Below, one piece after another: positions 1-11,899 of a stretch of 64,000 bases of DNA. The stretch comes from Felis catus (Eukaryota): contig NC_058377.1 of NCBI RefSeq assembly GCF_018350175.1, positions 9,982,001-10,046,000 of the forward strand, written 5' to 3'. The position numbers and the translations under genes are program-made. The notes under the pieces were generated by a model. That model was not told where the DNA came from. It saw only the letters and a program-made list of their open reading frames with translations, and did not search any database. How positions within the stretch are numbered: the stretch's first letter is position 1; each line of letters begins with the position of its first letter.

Positions 1-730
1 GAGTTTGATTATTTTAGAATCCTCACACAAGTCAAATTAGCCAGTGTTTGTCCATCTTTAATTGGTTAGCTCATTTGGCCTATCTTCAAGGCTCATGCAT
101 GTTGTCACATTATTACAGGATTTCCTTCTAATACTGAGTATTCCATTCTATGTATATACCACATTTCCCCCCCACCATGTATCAGTCAATGGACACTTAA
201 CTTGTTTCCCATCTTGGCTACTGTGAATAGTGCTACAATAAACATGGAAGTACAGATACCTCTTCAAGATCCTGTTTTGGTTCTTTTAGATGAATACCCA
301 GAAGTTGGATTGCTGGATCATATGGTACCTCTACTTTTAGTTTTTTGAGGATCCTCCGTACTGTTTTTGCACAGTGGCCATATCATTTTTCTTTCCCACC
401 TACAGGATCCCAAAGTTCCAAACCATTCTTGCCAACACCAGCTGTTTTTTCGTTGGTAATAGCCATTCTAACAAGAATGAGATCATATAGCTCATTGTGG
501 TTTTGATTTGCATTTACCAGAGGATTAGTGACACTGTATCTTTTCATACACCTGTTCGCTAAGCATGCATCTTCTTTAGAAAAAGGTCTGTTCAAGTTCT
601 TGGTCCTTTTTTAACCAGTTTGTTATTGAGTTGGACGAGTTTCTTATATATTGTGGAACTGAACCTCTTTTCAGATCATGGTTTTCAAATATTTCCTCCC
701 AATCTCCAAGTTGCTTTTCACTCAATGGAT
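1..730 (-). mobile_element. L1 3' fragment (old, antisense)
   Basis: Typical L1 3' motifs (ggattgctggatcatatggt, tagccattctaac, gtggttttgatttgcattt). Confidence 0.8.
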
Positions 731-1365
731 TATTTAGGCTCTTGTTTCTTATTCATGTTTTCAATTCTTTATTTCTTTAAAATTATCATTTATTTTATAT
801 TCTTATTTTAATAATTCCTAATAAATAAAGTTTCGCAGGTCAGCTTTCTGTTGTTATTTCTGCTGGTTCTCACTTAAGTCTGCTTCTCTTCTGTGCTTTG
901 TGATTTGTTTTTATTATAACTTCTTGTTCAGTAGAACTTTGTCATAGTTCTTTGACACCTGGATTAAAAATCGATTTCTCTGGAGAAATTTTCCATTTGT
1001 TTTTGCAAGATACCTAGGAGTACTACCAACCTGCAACAGTTTTAAAATAAATTCTCAACTTGAGGTGGGGGGAGGGTCTGAGGGACCACAAAGGTGATTT
1101 GAACTCAGTCCTAAACCCCTAAGTAGACCACTGTATGGTTACAATCCTCAAAGACAGCACTGGCTTTCTTTTTTCTCCCCGGTGCCACCCCGACTCAACA
1201 CCAAAGAATTTTATCTGACATTTTTATCTGTTTTGCAGCAGGAAGATTTTTTTTAATAATGATTATTAAGTCTAAATACCCCTTAAAGCATTATTAAGAT
1301 GTGTTAGGTTTCAAGTAAGAAAAAAAAAAAGTGGCTATTTTTATTACTGTGACACTTAAATGCTT

Positions 1366-1584
1366 TTTTTTTTTAATTTTTTTTTAACGTTCATTTATTT
1401 TTGAGACAGAAAGAGAGCACGAGTGGGGGAGGGGCAGAAACAGAGGGAGACACAGAATCTGAAACAAGGTCCAGGCTCTGAGCTGTCAGCACAGAGCCCG
1501 ATGCGGGGCTCGAACCCACGAACCCTAAGATCATGACCTGATCTGAAGTCGGACGCTTAACCGACTGAGCCACCCAGGCGCCCC
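1366..1584 (-). mobile_element. Can-SINE (SINEC_Fc-like)
   Basis: GGGGCGCCTGGGTGGCTCAGTCGGTTAAGCG head; TSD ACACTTAAATGCTT at 1352-1365 and 1586-1599. Confidence 0.92.
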
Positions 1585-1682
1585 AACACTTAAATGCTTA
1601 ATACTTCCACTAACACTCAACCAACCAACAGGTACTTGGGCAAAGACCACGTCCTGAGTGCAAATAAGAGCAGTGAGTCCCT

Positions 1683-1875
1683 GGGGCACCTGGGTAGCTC
1701 GGGTGGTTAAGCGTCCAACTTCGGCTCAGGTCATGATCCTGTCATTCGTGGGTTTAAGCCCTGAGTCAGGCTCAGGATTAACAGCTCAGAGCCTGAAGCC
1801 TGCTTCAGATTCTTTGTCTCCCTGTCCCTCCCCCACTTGCATTCTCTCCCAAAAATAAACGTTAAAAAAAAAATT
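1683..1875 (+). mobile_element. Can-SINE
   Basis: tRNA-derived head, CT-rich body, A tail. Confidence 0.9.
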
Positions 1876-2165
1876 TAAGAGCACCAAGTCCCACAATAGA
1901 AATAATTTCCCATCATCTAAGCTCAAGGCGAAGAGGTAAATCATATTTATCTTGAGACCAAAAATAAGGCTCTACTAAATTCTACCAAAAAGAACACCAG
2001 TTAGAGGTGTTTAAACATACTTTCACTTTATATNNNNNNNNNNNNNNNNNNNNNNNNNNNNNNNNNNNNNNNNNNNNNNNNNNNNNNNNNNNNNNNNNNN
2101 NNNNNNNNNNNNNNNNNNNNNNNNNNNNNNNNNNNNNNNNNNNNNNNNNNNNNNNNNNNNNNNNN

Positions 2166-2308
2166 GCACCTGGGTGGCTCAGCTGAGTGCCTGACTTCAG
2201 CTCAGGTCATGATCTAACAGTTCATGAGTTCGAGCCCCACATGGGCTTTGTGATGACAGTGCAGAGCCTGCTTCAGATTCCCTCTCTCTCCCTCCCTCCT
2301 CCTTCCTT

Positions 2309-2350
<42 letters not shown>

Positions 2351-2430
2351 CGCTCTTTCTTTCCCCCCCCCCCACCCCTCCCCAGTCCCCACTCTGGCTC
2401 TCTCAAGGAAGTATTTTTAAAAAATAAAAC
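2166..2430 (+). mobile_element. Can-SINE (5' end abuts a gap)
   Basis: gcacctgggtggctcag head, (CT)n, A-rich tail. Confidence 0.88.
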
Positions 2431-2439
2431 TCTTAAAAA

Positions 2440-2920
2440 AAGATATACAATGGAATGTTATCATTTAAAAAGGAAATCCTGCCATTTGCAACAGGTGGAT
2501 GGACCTTCAGGGCATTACTCTAAGTGAAAAGTCAGATACTAAAAGACATATAGTGTAATAACTCACACGTGGAAACTAAAAAAGCCAAACTTGCAGAAAC
2601 AAAGTAAAATGGTGGCTGCCAGGGGCTGGGGAAGCAGGGAGTCAGGGACAGGGAGGATTAGGAGATATTCGTCAAAAGGTATAAACTTCCAACTATAAGT
2701 TCTGGAAGATCTAATATACAGCATGCTGACTGTAGCTAACAATACATTATTATATACTTGAAAGGTGCTAGAAGAGTAAGTCTTAAATGTTCTCACCACA
2801 CATAAAGTTGTACTCATGTCAAGTAAGGTATGTGTTAACCTTACTGTCATATTTCATTATAGATACGTTTATCAATTATATGTACACCTTAAATTTACAC
2901 AATGTTCTATTTCAATTGTA
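2440..2920 (+). mobile_element. L1 3' UTR fragment (L1MA-like)
   Basis: aaggaaatcctgccatttgcaaca...atgttctcaccaca...tacaccttaaatttacacaatgtt. Confidence 0.8.
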
Positions 2921-3082
2921 GGTCAAAGTGAGAAAAATATTTTAAGTCCTACTTCAAATATACAATTAGGAGCCAGGAGAAAAATATTTTCTATTATAAA
3001 TACTGCTTATGCTATCAGAAATAATCTTATGCTGTACTGACCTTTCTCATAGCACTTTCAGAAGCAAAGGTTTTATACTCAC

Positions 3083-3153
3083 TTGTAAAAGTAAAGTTCA
3101 CAGATACAGCTCACAAAAGCCAGGAGACATCGTAAAAAGTAAAAGACAAGAAT
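3083..3153 (-). CDS. ALG9: ALG9 coding exon 4
   Basis: Acceptor ctttcag|ATT; ILVFYFLRCLLAFVSCICELYFY(K); donor AA|GTGAGT; 71 nt, too short for the ORF track. Confidence 0.93.
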
Positions 3154-3729
3154 CTGAAAGAAACCAAGAAGAAGAAAACAGATGTCATAGAAACAAGAAA
3201 ACTCAAGATAAAACCACTCTCATTTGTTATTAGTAACACTATGAACTGGTACAATCTTCCTGAAAGGCAGTATTATCAAGAATCATAAACATTTTCATAC
3301 CCCTAGATCCACTATACCTATTTCTAGGAGTCCAGCCCACAGAAGTAACTGAAAATATGGAGGGGGTGGTTAGTTCTACTCATGCAAATGGTCACTGCAG
3401 CACTATTAATTTAAGGGGGGAAAAAGAACATTTAAAAAAAAACTACACAATATCCAATTACAGGGAAATCAGTCAATTCTGCTACATACATTTCATGTAC
3501 TATTACACAGATAAAATTTATGGTTACAGAAACAGTCAAAGAATTCATAGGATATAAAACTCCTACATTCAACAAACATTTCCTAAATCATTATATATTG
3601 ATAATTACCGATAATTACAAAATACCAGGTAAAAATGTACATTATTATTTACACATCACAATCACAGCTTTGGAAATCAGAAGCATATGAAAAGGCTGAA
3701 AAGAAATGTGATAAAATGGTAAAGGTGGC

Positions 3730-3938
3730 ATAAAGGATGGACTCTGGATGACAATGATGTGTTAATACAGGTTCATGGATTGTAACAAGTGTATTACTCT
3801 AATGGGGGATGTGGATACGGGGAAGGCTATACATGTGTGGGGGCAGGGTGTATATGGGAAATCTCTGGACCTTCCACTCAATTGTGCGGGGTCCTAAATT
3901 GAACTAAAAATAAAGCATATTAGAAAATAAATAAATGA

Positions 3939-3981
<43 letters not shown>
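3730..3981 (+). mobile_element. Short retro-insertion of an L1MC-like 3' end with (TAAA)n tail and 19-bp TSD
   Basis: Body resembles the recalled L1MC 3' end; ATAAAATGGTAAAGGTGGC at 3711-3729 and 3982-4000. Confidence 0.8.
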
Positions 3982-3985
<4 letters not shown>

Positions 3986-4159
3986 AATGGTAAAGGTGGC
4001 TAAATCAAACTGGTAGAAGTTAGGTGCACATTTTCCCTCTTACCTTCCAAATACTTGTAATGTGATTTCATTAATTTTATAATTATAAACATTGATTTAA
4101 AAAATAAACATAATAGGGTTCTATTGAATAGCTTTCATATTATAGCACACTGGTATGTT

Positions 4160-4191
4160 GTTTTAATTTTTTTTTTTAATGTTTATGTATC

Positions 4192-4248
<57 letters not shown>

Positions 4249-4420
4249 AAGAACATGAGCAGGGAAGGGGCAGAGAGGAGGGGAGACACAGACTCTGAAG
4301 TAGGCTCCAGGCTCTCAGCTGTCAGCACAGAGCCCTATGCAGGGCTCAAACCCACCAACCACAAGATCATGACCTGAGATGAAGTCAGATGCTTAACCGA
4401 CTGAGCCACCTAGGCGCCCC
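4160..4420 (-). mobile_element. Can-SINE
   Basis: Head/(GA)n/T tail; TSD ACACTGGTATGTT. Confidence 0.92.
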
Positions 4421-4799
4421 ACACTGGTATGTTTAAAAGCCTTGAATACCTCAGAATCTAAGTACTACTGAAATAGAGGTTATAATTAATATAACTGTAT
4501 TATATAACTTAAAAATACTTGCCGTTTTCATCACTATAACCAAAAAATTCCAGAGTTCAATAAAGTGATCCAATAAATACCAGTTTCATTACCTCAATAA
4601 AAACACTCTGAAAACCTAGTAAACACTGACCACTATTTTAGATGCTCCTAGGAATTCAGATAATTTTAGTACCAAGTGTCCACATGCCTAAGGACCCCTT
4701 GTCTAATTAGGGAGAGTACAAAACACATTTACAAAGTTAAAAATTAGCCTGAGTTAATATAAGAGTTTTATTTACAAGTATGACAACAATGCCCCCACA

Positions 4800-6350
4800 A
4801 CAACATCAAACATATAACTAGAAGTCCTGCTTGCTGCAAAATGACAAGAAATGAGGTATTAGATATGGAATAAAAGAAACTAAACTCTACACACACAGAT
4901 GAAAGAGAATCCAAGAGTTTACCTGATACATGAGTGACACTAATAAGGAAATTCAGCAAGATTTAGATTAAGATCAAAAAACAAAAGTCAATTGTATTCC
5001 TCTGTATCAACAATGACCAACTAAAAAAATAATAATAAGATTCCTTTCACAACAGCAATATAAAGTATTAAGAATGTAAGCCTTAACCTACCCAAGACTG
5101 GCTAAGACTGAAATGGGGACATTTAAAAATTTTACTAGAAGACCCAGAAAACCTAACCAAATGGGTAAATATATCATCTTAAGAATGAAATGACAAACCT
5201 ATACTCATTGATTTTCCTATTAATATATAATTCAGTGCAACTCTAATCAAAATGCAGAATTTGGGGGGGGGGCAAACAAATACTGAAATGATTTTTAAAA
5301 TACAAATTTTCAAATGGACAAAGTGAGAAATTTATCAACCAGATATTTAACACACACAACAAAACCGTAATAATAAAAATATGGCACTGACAATTTGACC
5401 AATGACCTAAAATAAGGAAGCCAAAGAAAAGACCCATACATGTGGGAATAAAGTGTATGATAGATATGCTATCACAAATCAGAAAAAGGATGGATTACTT
5501 CACAGATGGTACAGAAAAATCTAGTTCACTCTATCACAAATAATAAAGCTGGATCTTTCTACCATTTATAAAAAATAATGTTCAAATTGAGGTGCCTGCC
5601 TGGCTCAGTATCGTGGAGCATGTTACTCTTGATCTTGGGGTTGCAAATTCAAGCCCCACATTGGGTGTAGAGATTATTTTTTTTTAAGTATCTTTAAAAA
5701 AATATCCAAATGGATTAAAGCCTTATGTGTGACAGGTGAAACTATAAAGCTAAGCAAATATGTAAGAATATCCTGTGAACTGTGGTGAAGAGCGATTTCT
5801 TTTGCAAAGACCCAAAACCTACCAACCTTAAGTGAGTAACTAATTGGGTTGACTGTATCAATTAAAGATTTCTGTTCAACAAAGGTCCACAGCACAGTTA
5901 ACACAGAGGGGACAGCCAAAAAGATTTCCAGTATCTAAAACCTGTACTTAGTTACTATTGAAAACTTCGACAAATCAGACAAGAAAACCAGAAAACCAAA
6001 TTGAAAAACAGGCAAAGGATATGAATAGGTAATTCACAGAAAAGGAAAAACAAATGACTATTAAATATTGCACTTCACGTCTAATCGGAGAAATGCAATT
6101 AAAATGAGAAACAGGTCACATCCATGAGAAGGGCAAAAATTATCAAGTCAGAAATATCAAGTGCTCAGGAGGTATGAGGTGGCTGAAATGTGGAACAGAG
6201 TTGTGCAAGTGTGAAGTTGGACAGCCATTCTGGGGGGCAATATGGCAGTATCCCATGAAATTAAGTAGCCTATGGATGTATGTATGGGACCCCACTCCTG
6301 AGCAGAGTTCGACAAGACAAAACAAAGGTATTCTTGTTTAGAGTGGCAAG
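4800..6350 (+). mobile_element. Degenerate ancient L1 ORF2/3' fragment, interrupted by a short SINE at about 5590-5690
   Basis: A-rich L1 ORF2-like motifs with many stop codons. Confidence 0.65.
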
Positions 6351-7169
6351 AAGTTGGAAAGGTAACCAACACTAAGGGGTGCCAATTATTACCAGATGGT
6401 CTTTCAGCAACAATCCACCCTCTCTACTGTGCATCAGGATGCTGGAGCTGGAACTCTATAAGCTAATTCCCCTTTGCCAAGTGGCTTCCATTGGCAAAAC
6501 CTAACAGGGAGGAGATTAGAAGAAAGAACAAGAAGGGAAATCTTCATTCCTGTTCTGCTTCCTGCTCGTGTCATTGACATAAAAGAAAGAGTGATGGATT
6601 CGGTTGAACATGTCAAATTGCAAGGGACAGTGGATATACAAGTGGAAATAAAAGCCTTAAGCACTGCATATTGTTATTTCTCTACGAAGACCTCATCCTG
6701 TATACGTCTGTTCTGCTAAGTTAAAAAAAAAAAATGAATTAATAGATAGGGAAGCAAAGGACAGTTTTATCCCTTTCTATAGGTGCTATCTTTCTGATGA
6801 GTCTAAAATACAAATGCCATCTTGTCTCTCCTCTAAAGCCTCTGGATGAGTTCAGAATGCCCTGGGGAGCCAGTGGGCATGGGGAGAAAGCCTAATTCCT
6901 TATTAGAGCCTACCAGGTGTTGTATAAATCTGGCCTCCGCCTACCTTTCAGTATCATGCAATTCACTCCACCACTCACTCTCTTCCAAGCATCAAGCCTA
7001 TTTATATAAGGCCATGCTGGCCCTCTTCCCCGCCTCATGGCTTTCCTCCCACATCCCCGTTTTCCCTTTACCTAGCTAATTCCTACTGAACGCCTAGTTC
7101 TCTAATCAGGGACTTCTGCTTCATACAAGGTGGATTAGTTGCACTTTTCCGTATTCCTCCTACTATGTA

Positions 7170-8455
7170 AAACCAAAAACTCCGCACATGACAGGTAAAG
7201 TAAACCTAAGAAGACTCAAGGTAGAGAGAAGATGGCAGACTGCCTAGGGACTTTAGGACCAGAGGAAAAACACAGTGGTAAGTTCCCTAAGTTTTCTTTT
7301 TGCCTTATACATTCCAGACTTAGAGCTAAAGAAGGTGGCAGCTAGAAATGCCAATGAGCACAAACTAACACCAACCAAAGCCTGGATGATCTAGCCAAGA
7401 CGCCAAGAAAGGGGTAGCCCAACAAGACAGAAAGCCTTTAGACAATAACCACTCTACTCCAGCAAAACACCCCCAGCGAGGGGGGGGGGGGGAATGTAGC
7501 CCAACTCCCATCCATGCCATCAAATATCCAGCAGGAAGCCAGGACTTTGATTCTCGCTGGTGGTAATGAGCTCCCTCTCTGGACACAGTGTCAGTGGTGA
7601 CCACTTGGGTAAGCCTGGACTTCCACCTCCTCACCCCACCTAGCAGCAGTCACTTTCCTGGACACTTGAGCGAAGGTCTAGTGGGGAACCTCAACTTCTA
7701 CCCCCATCTGGCAATAACAAAGGTGGAGAACTCTCTCCCTTCTCCTGCTAGAGGGTAACAAAGCAGCCAGACCAAACAGAAGGCTTAAATAAAACCCAAA
7801 AAGGCAGAGGAAGCACTTCAGGCCCAGGAAGAAGATTCAGTCTCAGAATGTAATACCCCAAATGGCCAAGGCTTCAACTGAAAATTAGTTGGAAGATGGC
7901 AAACTGAAAATTGTCAATCAATAGATACCAATTAGATAAAGGTCAGAATTACCTGACAAACTCTTAAAGGAGCCAATGTAAAAATGCTTCAGTGAGCAAT
8001 TAAGAACACACTGGAAACAAACGAATACAAATTCTCAGTAAAGCAACAGAATATATAAAGAAAAACCAAATGTAAATTTTAGAACTGAAAAAATACAATA
8101 ACCAAAATAAAATCTCAAAAGATAGGCTCAACAGCAGAATGGAGAGCAGAGAGGAAAGAATTGATGAACTGGATGATTAGAAATTGCTCAATCAACACAG
8201 AAAACGGACTAGAAAAAAATTAATAGGGCCTCAGAGACCTAGGGTACTATAATTAAACATCTAACATTGATATCACTGGAATCTTGAGAACAAACAGAGC
8301 AGGGCTGAAGTACTCTGTAAAATAATAGCCAAAATCTTCCCAAATTTAGCAAAAAGATGTAAGCCTAAATATTTAAGAAGGTTAGTAATTCCCGAATAGG
8401 ACAAACCCAAAGAAATCCATGCCAAGACACATCATAGCAAATTCGTAAAAAGTCA
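7170..8455 (+). mobile_element. Degenerate L1 5'UTR/ORF1 fragment
   Basis: aagatggc start; ORF1-like ggctcaacagcagaatggag and aaatccatgccaagacacatcatag. Confidence 0.65.
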
Positions 8456-8570
8456 TCAGGTTAGGTCTCCATTAACTCCTACTTATTATCCTTCAGCACT
8501 TTGTTTAGTCTCCCCTAAGATGCTGTCCCATGGTACCTTGTACTTCTCCGCGGTAAGACCCACTGCATTT

Positions 8571-8849
8571 CTTTCTTTCTTTTCCATCCTCCCTCCCCGC
8601 TCCCCCCATACCCCATCCCCTCACCCCATCCTCCCTTCCCCCTCTCCTCCCTCCCTCCTTCCTTCCTTCCTTTTCAAGAGAGAATACAAGCAGGTAAGGG
8701 TTAGAGGGAGAAGGATAGAGGGCATCTTAAGCAGGCTCCACACCCAGCACAGAGCCCAACTCCAGGCTCAACCCCACAACTGTAAGATCATGACCTGAAC
8801 CAAAACCAAAAGTCAGACACTTAACCAACTGAGCCACCCACATACCTCA
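8571..8849 (-). mobile_element. Can-SINE with tail expanded into low-complexity sequence
   Basis: TSD ACCCACTGCATTT at 8558-8570 and 8850-8862. Confidence 0.8.
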
Positions 8850-8989
8850 ACCCACTGCATTTAAAATCACTTGTTCAATTTCATCTTCCCCCACTAAACT
8901 ATAAATTCCATGGGGGCAAGGATTTGGTCACTGTTACACCCACAGCTCTTAACAAAGTACCTACCAGATAAAAAGTTGGTCCACTAGTT

Positions 8990-9196
8990 AATATCCAAAA
9001 CATGAGAAAAGCTTATATAACCCAACACACAAATAATCCAATTTAAAAAGTGGGCAAAGGGGTGCCTGGGTGGCTCAGTCAGTTAAGCATCCAACTTCGG
9101 CTCAGGTCATGATCTCACAGTTCATGGGTTCGATCCCCACATCGGGCTCTGTGCTGACAGCTCAGAGCCTGGAACCTGCTTCAGATTCTGTGTCTT

Positions 9197-9240
<44 letters not shown>

Positions 9241-10010
9241 CCTCCCCAGCTTGCACACTGGCCCCTCTCTCTCAAAAATATTTTAAAAAATTTAAAAACA
9301 AACAAACAAAAACAAAAAAAAAACACAAGATCTCAACTCACACCTGTCGAAATGGCCAAAATCACAAACACAAGAAACAACAAGTGTTGTTGAGGATGTC
9401 GAGTAAAAAGAACTCATGCATTGTTGGTGGAAATGTAAACTGCTACAACCACTGTGGAAAATAGTATCGAGGTTCCTCAAAAAATTAAAAATAGAATTAC
9501 TGAATGATCCAGTAATTGTACTGCTGTCTATTTACCCAAAGAAAATGAAACACTAATTCAGAAGTATATATGCAACCCTGTATTTATTGCAGCATTATTT
9601 ACAATATCCAAATTATGGANNNNNNNNNNNNNNNNNNNNNNNNNNNNNNNNNNNNNNNNNNNNNNNNNNNNNNNNNNNNNNNNNNNNNNNNNNNNNNNNN
9701 NNNNNNNNNNNNNNNNNNNNNNNNNNNNNNNNNNNNNNNNNNNNNNNNNGACTTCACGCATATGTGGAATTTAAGAAACAAAACAAGAGACAAACCAAAA
9801 AAAAAAAAAAAAAAAACCCTCTTAAATACAGAAAACAAACTAATGGTTACCAGAGGGGAAGGGGGAGAGGAATGGGTCAGATAAGTTATAGGGAATAAGA
9901 AAACACTTATCTTGAGGAGCGCATAGTAATATAAAACATTGTTGAATCACTGTATTGTACACCTGAAACTAATGTAAAGCTGCAGGTCTATTGTGGAATA
10001 AAAAATTTTT
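8990..10010 (+). mobile_element. Carnivore L1 3' end (interrupted by a SINE and a gap)
   Basis: accactgtggaaaatagtat...tttattgcagcattatttacaata...tattgtacacctgaaactaat. Confidence 0.8.
9059..9322 (+). mobile_element. Can-SINE inserted in an L1
   Basis: GGGGTGCCTGGGTGGCTCAG head, (CT)n, A tail. Confidence 0.92.
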
Positions 10011-10183
10011 TAAAGTTGCTCCATTAATGCTTACTTAACAATGAAGAAATGATTCTAAAAAAAAAAAAAAAAAAAAAAAAAGTCCTTTCCTACCTACCAA
10101 TCTATTTTTCCCTTTTCTGAAAACTGTTCCAGAGACTCGCCTCTTGTTCAGCTGTAACTGCTTCCAAGTTGGCCTGCCCTTAC

Positions 10184-10318
10184 CTTGTTAGTTTGTAGGA
10201 TTCTTGCATGAAATGCAGCTGGCCAGGCATGAAGCAACAGGTAGGCATAGGAGCGAATTGCATAAACAGGGGAATACTCCCAAGTCTGAAACCCCTTCCC
10301 ATAGATGAGGTAGTGTGT
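10184..10318 (-). CDS. ALG9: ALG9 coding exon 3
   Basis: Acceptor tttcag|; THYLIYGKGFQTWEYSPVYAIRSYAYLLLHAWPAAFHARILQTNK; donor GTAAGG. Confidence 0.97.
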
Positions 10319-11001
10319 CTGAAAGTACAAAACAGATAGGTTCCAGGTTAAATTGGCCAGAGATCCATGCTAGCAGGTTGCAAGTGAAGTTTCTAAGCAA
10401 AAACATTAAAGAGACAAAGATACACAAAAAATGCTGACATTCTCAACAAGATTTCCAATAGATAATCAAAATGACCCTTTAGTGAACAATCTTAGGACGT
10501 TTTAAATTTCACAAGACTGTTTGGTCAATGTTAAAAGCTTGAATTTTACCCTCCACTTTTTTTTTTAGTATTCATTAGCCAAAACAGACCAACTCTAAAT
10601 CTTACCTTGTCCCTAAGCTACCTACTCTAAACATCCTTTGTTTAAAATGTAAAATAGGATTAGAAAATTTCACCTCTAAATTTTCCGTAATAGGAAGTCA
10701 GCAGACTTACAAACGTGTAAATTAAGAAATAGCAGAATAAGCATACTACTTAGTAGCTTTTTTATTTTGGCAAACATCATTGTAAGTTCAAAAGCTCAAA
10801 GCAAGTACTTCCTTCTAGGGACTGAGATTTGGCTATACGAGCAATGGAACAGAGAGCTACTTTTTTCCCTTTAAGTTTCACAGTTGTTGGTTTTTTAAAA
10901 AGTATCTCTAAGTATTATTTTGATTTAAAATATTTTTTAAGAAAATTACAAATTACATCTTTTTTGCAAGAAGCCCAATTTCCTATGCCCTTCAACAACT
11001 G

Positions 11002-11041
11002 ATCAGCTTAGAATACAAAATCATCAGCTTAGAATACAAAA
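11002..11041. repeat. Short tandem duplication ATCAGCTTAGAATACAAAA x2
   Basis: Copies at 11002-11020 and 11023-11041. Confidence 0.85.
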
Positions 11042-11151
11042 GTGAAAATAAAGTTTACTACCAGTCACACGTGTGTATTACTTGTATCTTGATTGGCAAC
11101 AAGGCCCCAAGCAGTGAAATCGAGAACAAGAAAACTAAAGAAATCACCTAC

Positions 11152-11290
11152 TGGTTCCCAGTAGTTGAAGGTTTCATCGCAGTCAGAGATGTTGCTTAAG
11201 AGAGCAGCACATAACCTTGCTGAGAGCAGACACTTGAAAGCAGTAGATCCCTCAGGTGCCCAGACCTGTCCTGCTTTGTTCCCAGACAAC
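11152..11290 (-). CDS. ALG9: ALG9 coding exon 2
   Basis: Acceptor cag|G TTG TCT; LSGNKAGQVWAPEGSTAFKCLLSARLCAALLSNISDCDETFNYWEP (GT-C DCDETFNYWEP motif); donor GTAGGT. Confidence 0.97.
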
Positions 11291-11534
11291 CTGCTCAGAA
11301 GTAAAGAAAAGAGGCCTCAGGAAAACCCAACAACTAGAAGGCCTAAAACTGGACAGAAACGACAGGAATGGCAATGGTATCAAAGCACACTTAAGTAATT
11401 CACCTAACAAGTCAGTTGTTCTGAGAAATAAACAAGGGCTGAAGAACTTTATTAATCTTAATTACTCCTTCCACTTCCTACTTGTAAGGGGTAAGCTCAC
11501 TCATACACTTTAATTCATTGTATCCATGACACTC

Positions 11535-11761
11535 TTTTTTTTTTTTAATTTTTTTTTTCAACGTTTATTTGTTTTTGGGAGAGAGAGAGATAGAGCATGA
11601 ACAGGGGAGGGGCAGAGAGAGAGGGAGACACAGAATCGGAAACAGGCTCCAGGCTCCGAGCCATCAGCCCAGAGCCTGACGCGGGGCTCGAACTCACGGA
11701 CCGCGAGATCGTGACCTGGCTGAAGTCAGACGCTTAACCGACTACGCCACCCAGGCGCCCC
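11535..11761 (-). mobile_element. Young SINEC_Fc-type Can-SINE in ALG9 intron 1
   Basis: Near-identical to copies at 18195, 29240 and 56793; TSD TCCATG(A/G)CACTC. Confidence 0.93.
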
Positions 11762-11899
11762 TCCATGGCACTCCTTGAAGGCCAGAAAGCTCTCATTTTC
11801 CTTTTCTTTCTTAACAAGGTCATTACTTTCCACGGCTTTACTCATCTCCCCCTTGTTCAAGCCTAATTTGTGCGAAGCACATAACCTCCTCCCATTCCG

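Noticed and set aside
1391-1573. Recurrent ORFs of the type MAQSVKRPTSAQVMI... (also 1658, 9070, 30298, 44170 and others)
   Set aside because: Chance translations of Can-SINE consensus sequence, not a gene family
5590-5680. tRNA-like A/B-box sequences in SINE heads
   Set aside because: tRNA-derived SINE heads without a complete cloverleaf; no true tRNA gene seen
9558-9898. ORFs spanning N runs (also 34952, 40461, 43007, 48822)
   Set aside because: Artefacts of assembly gaps
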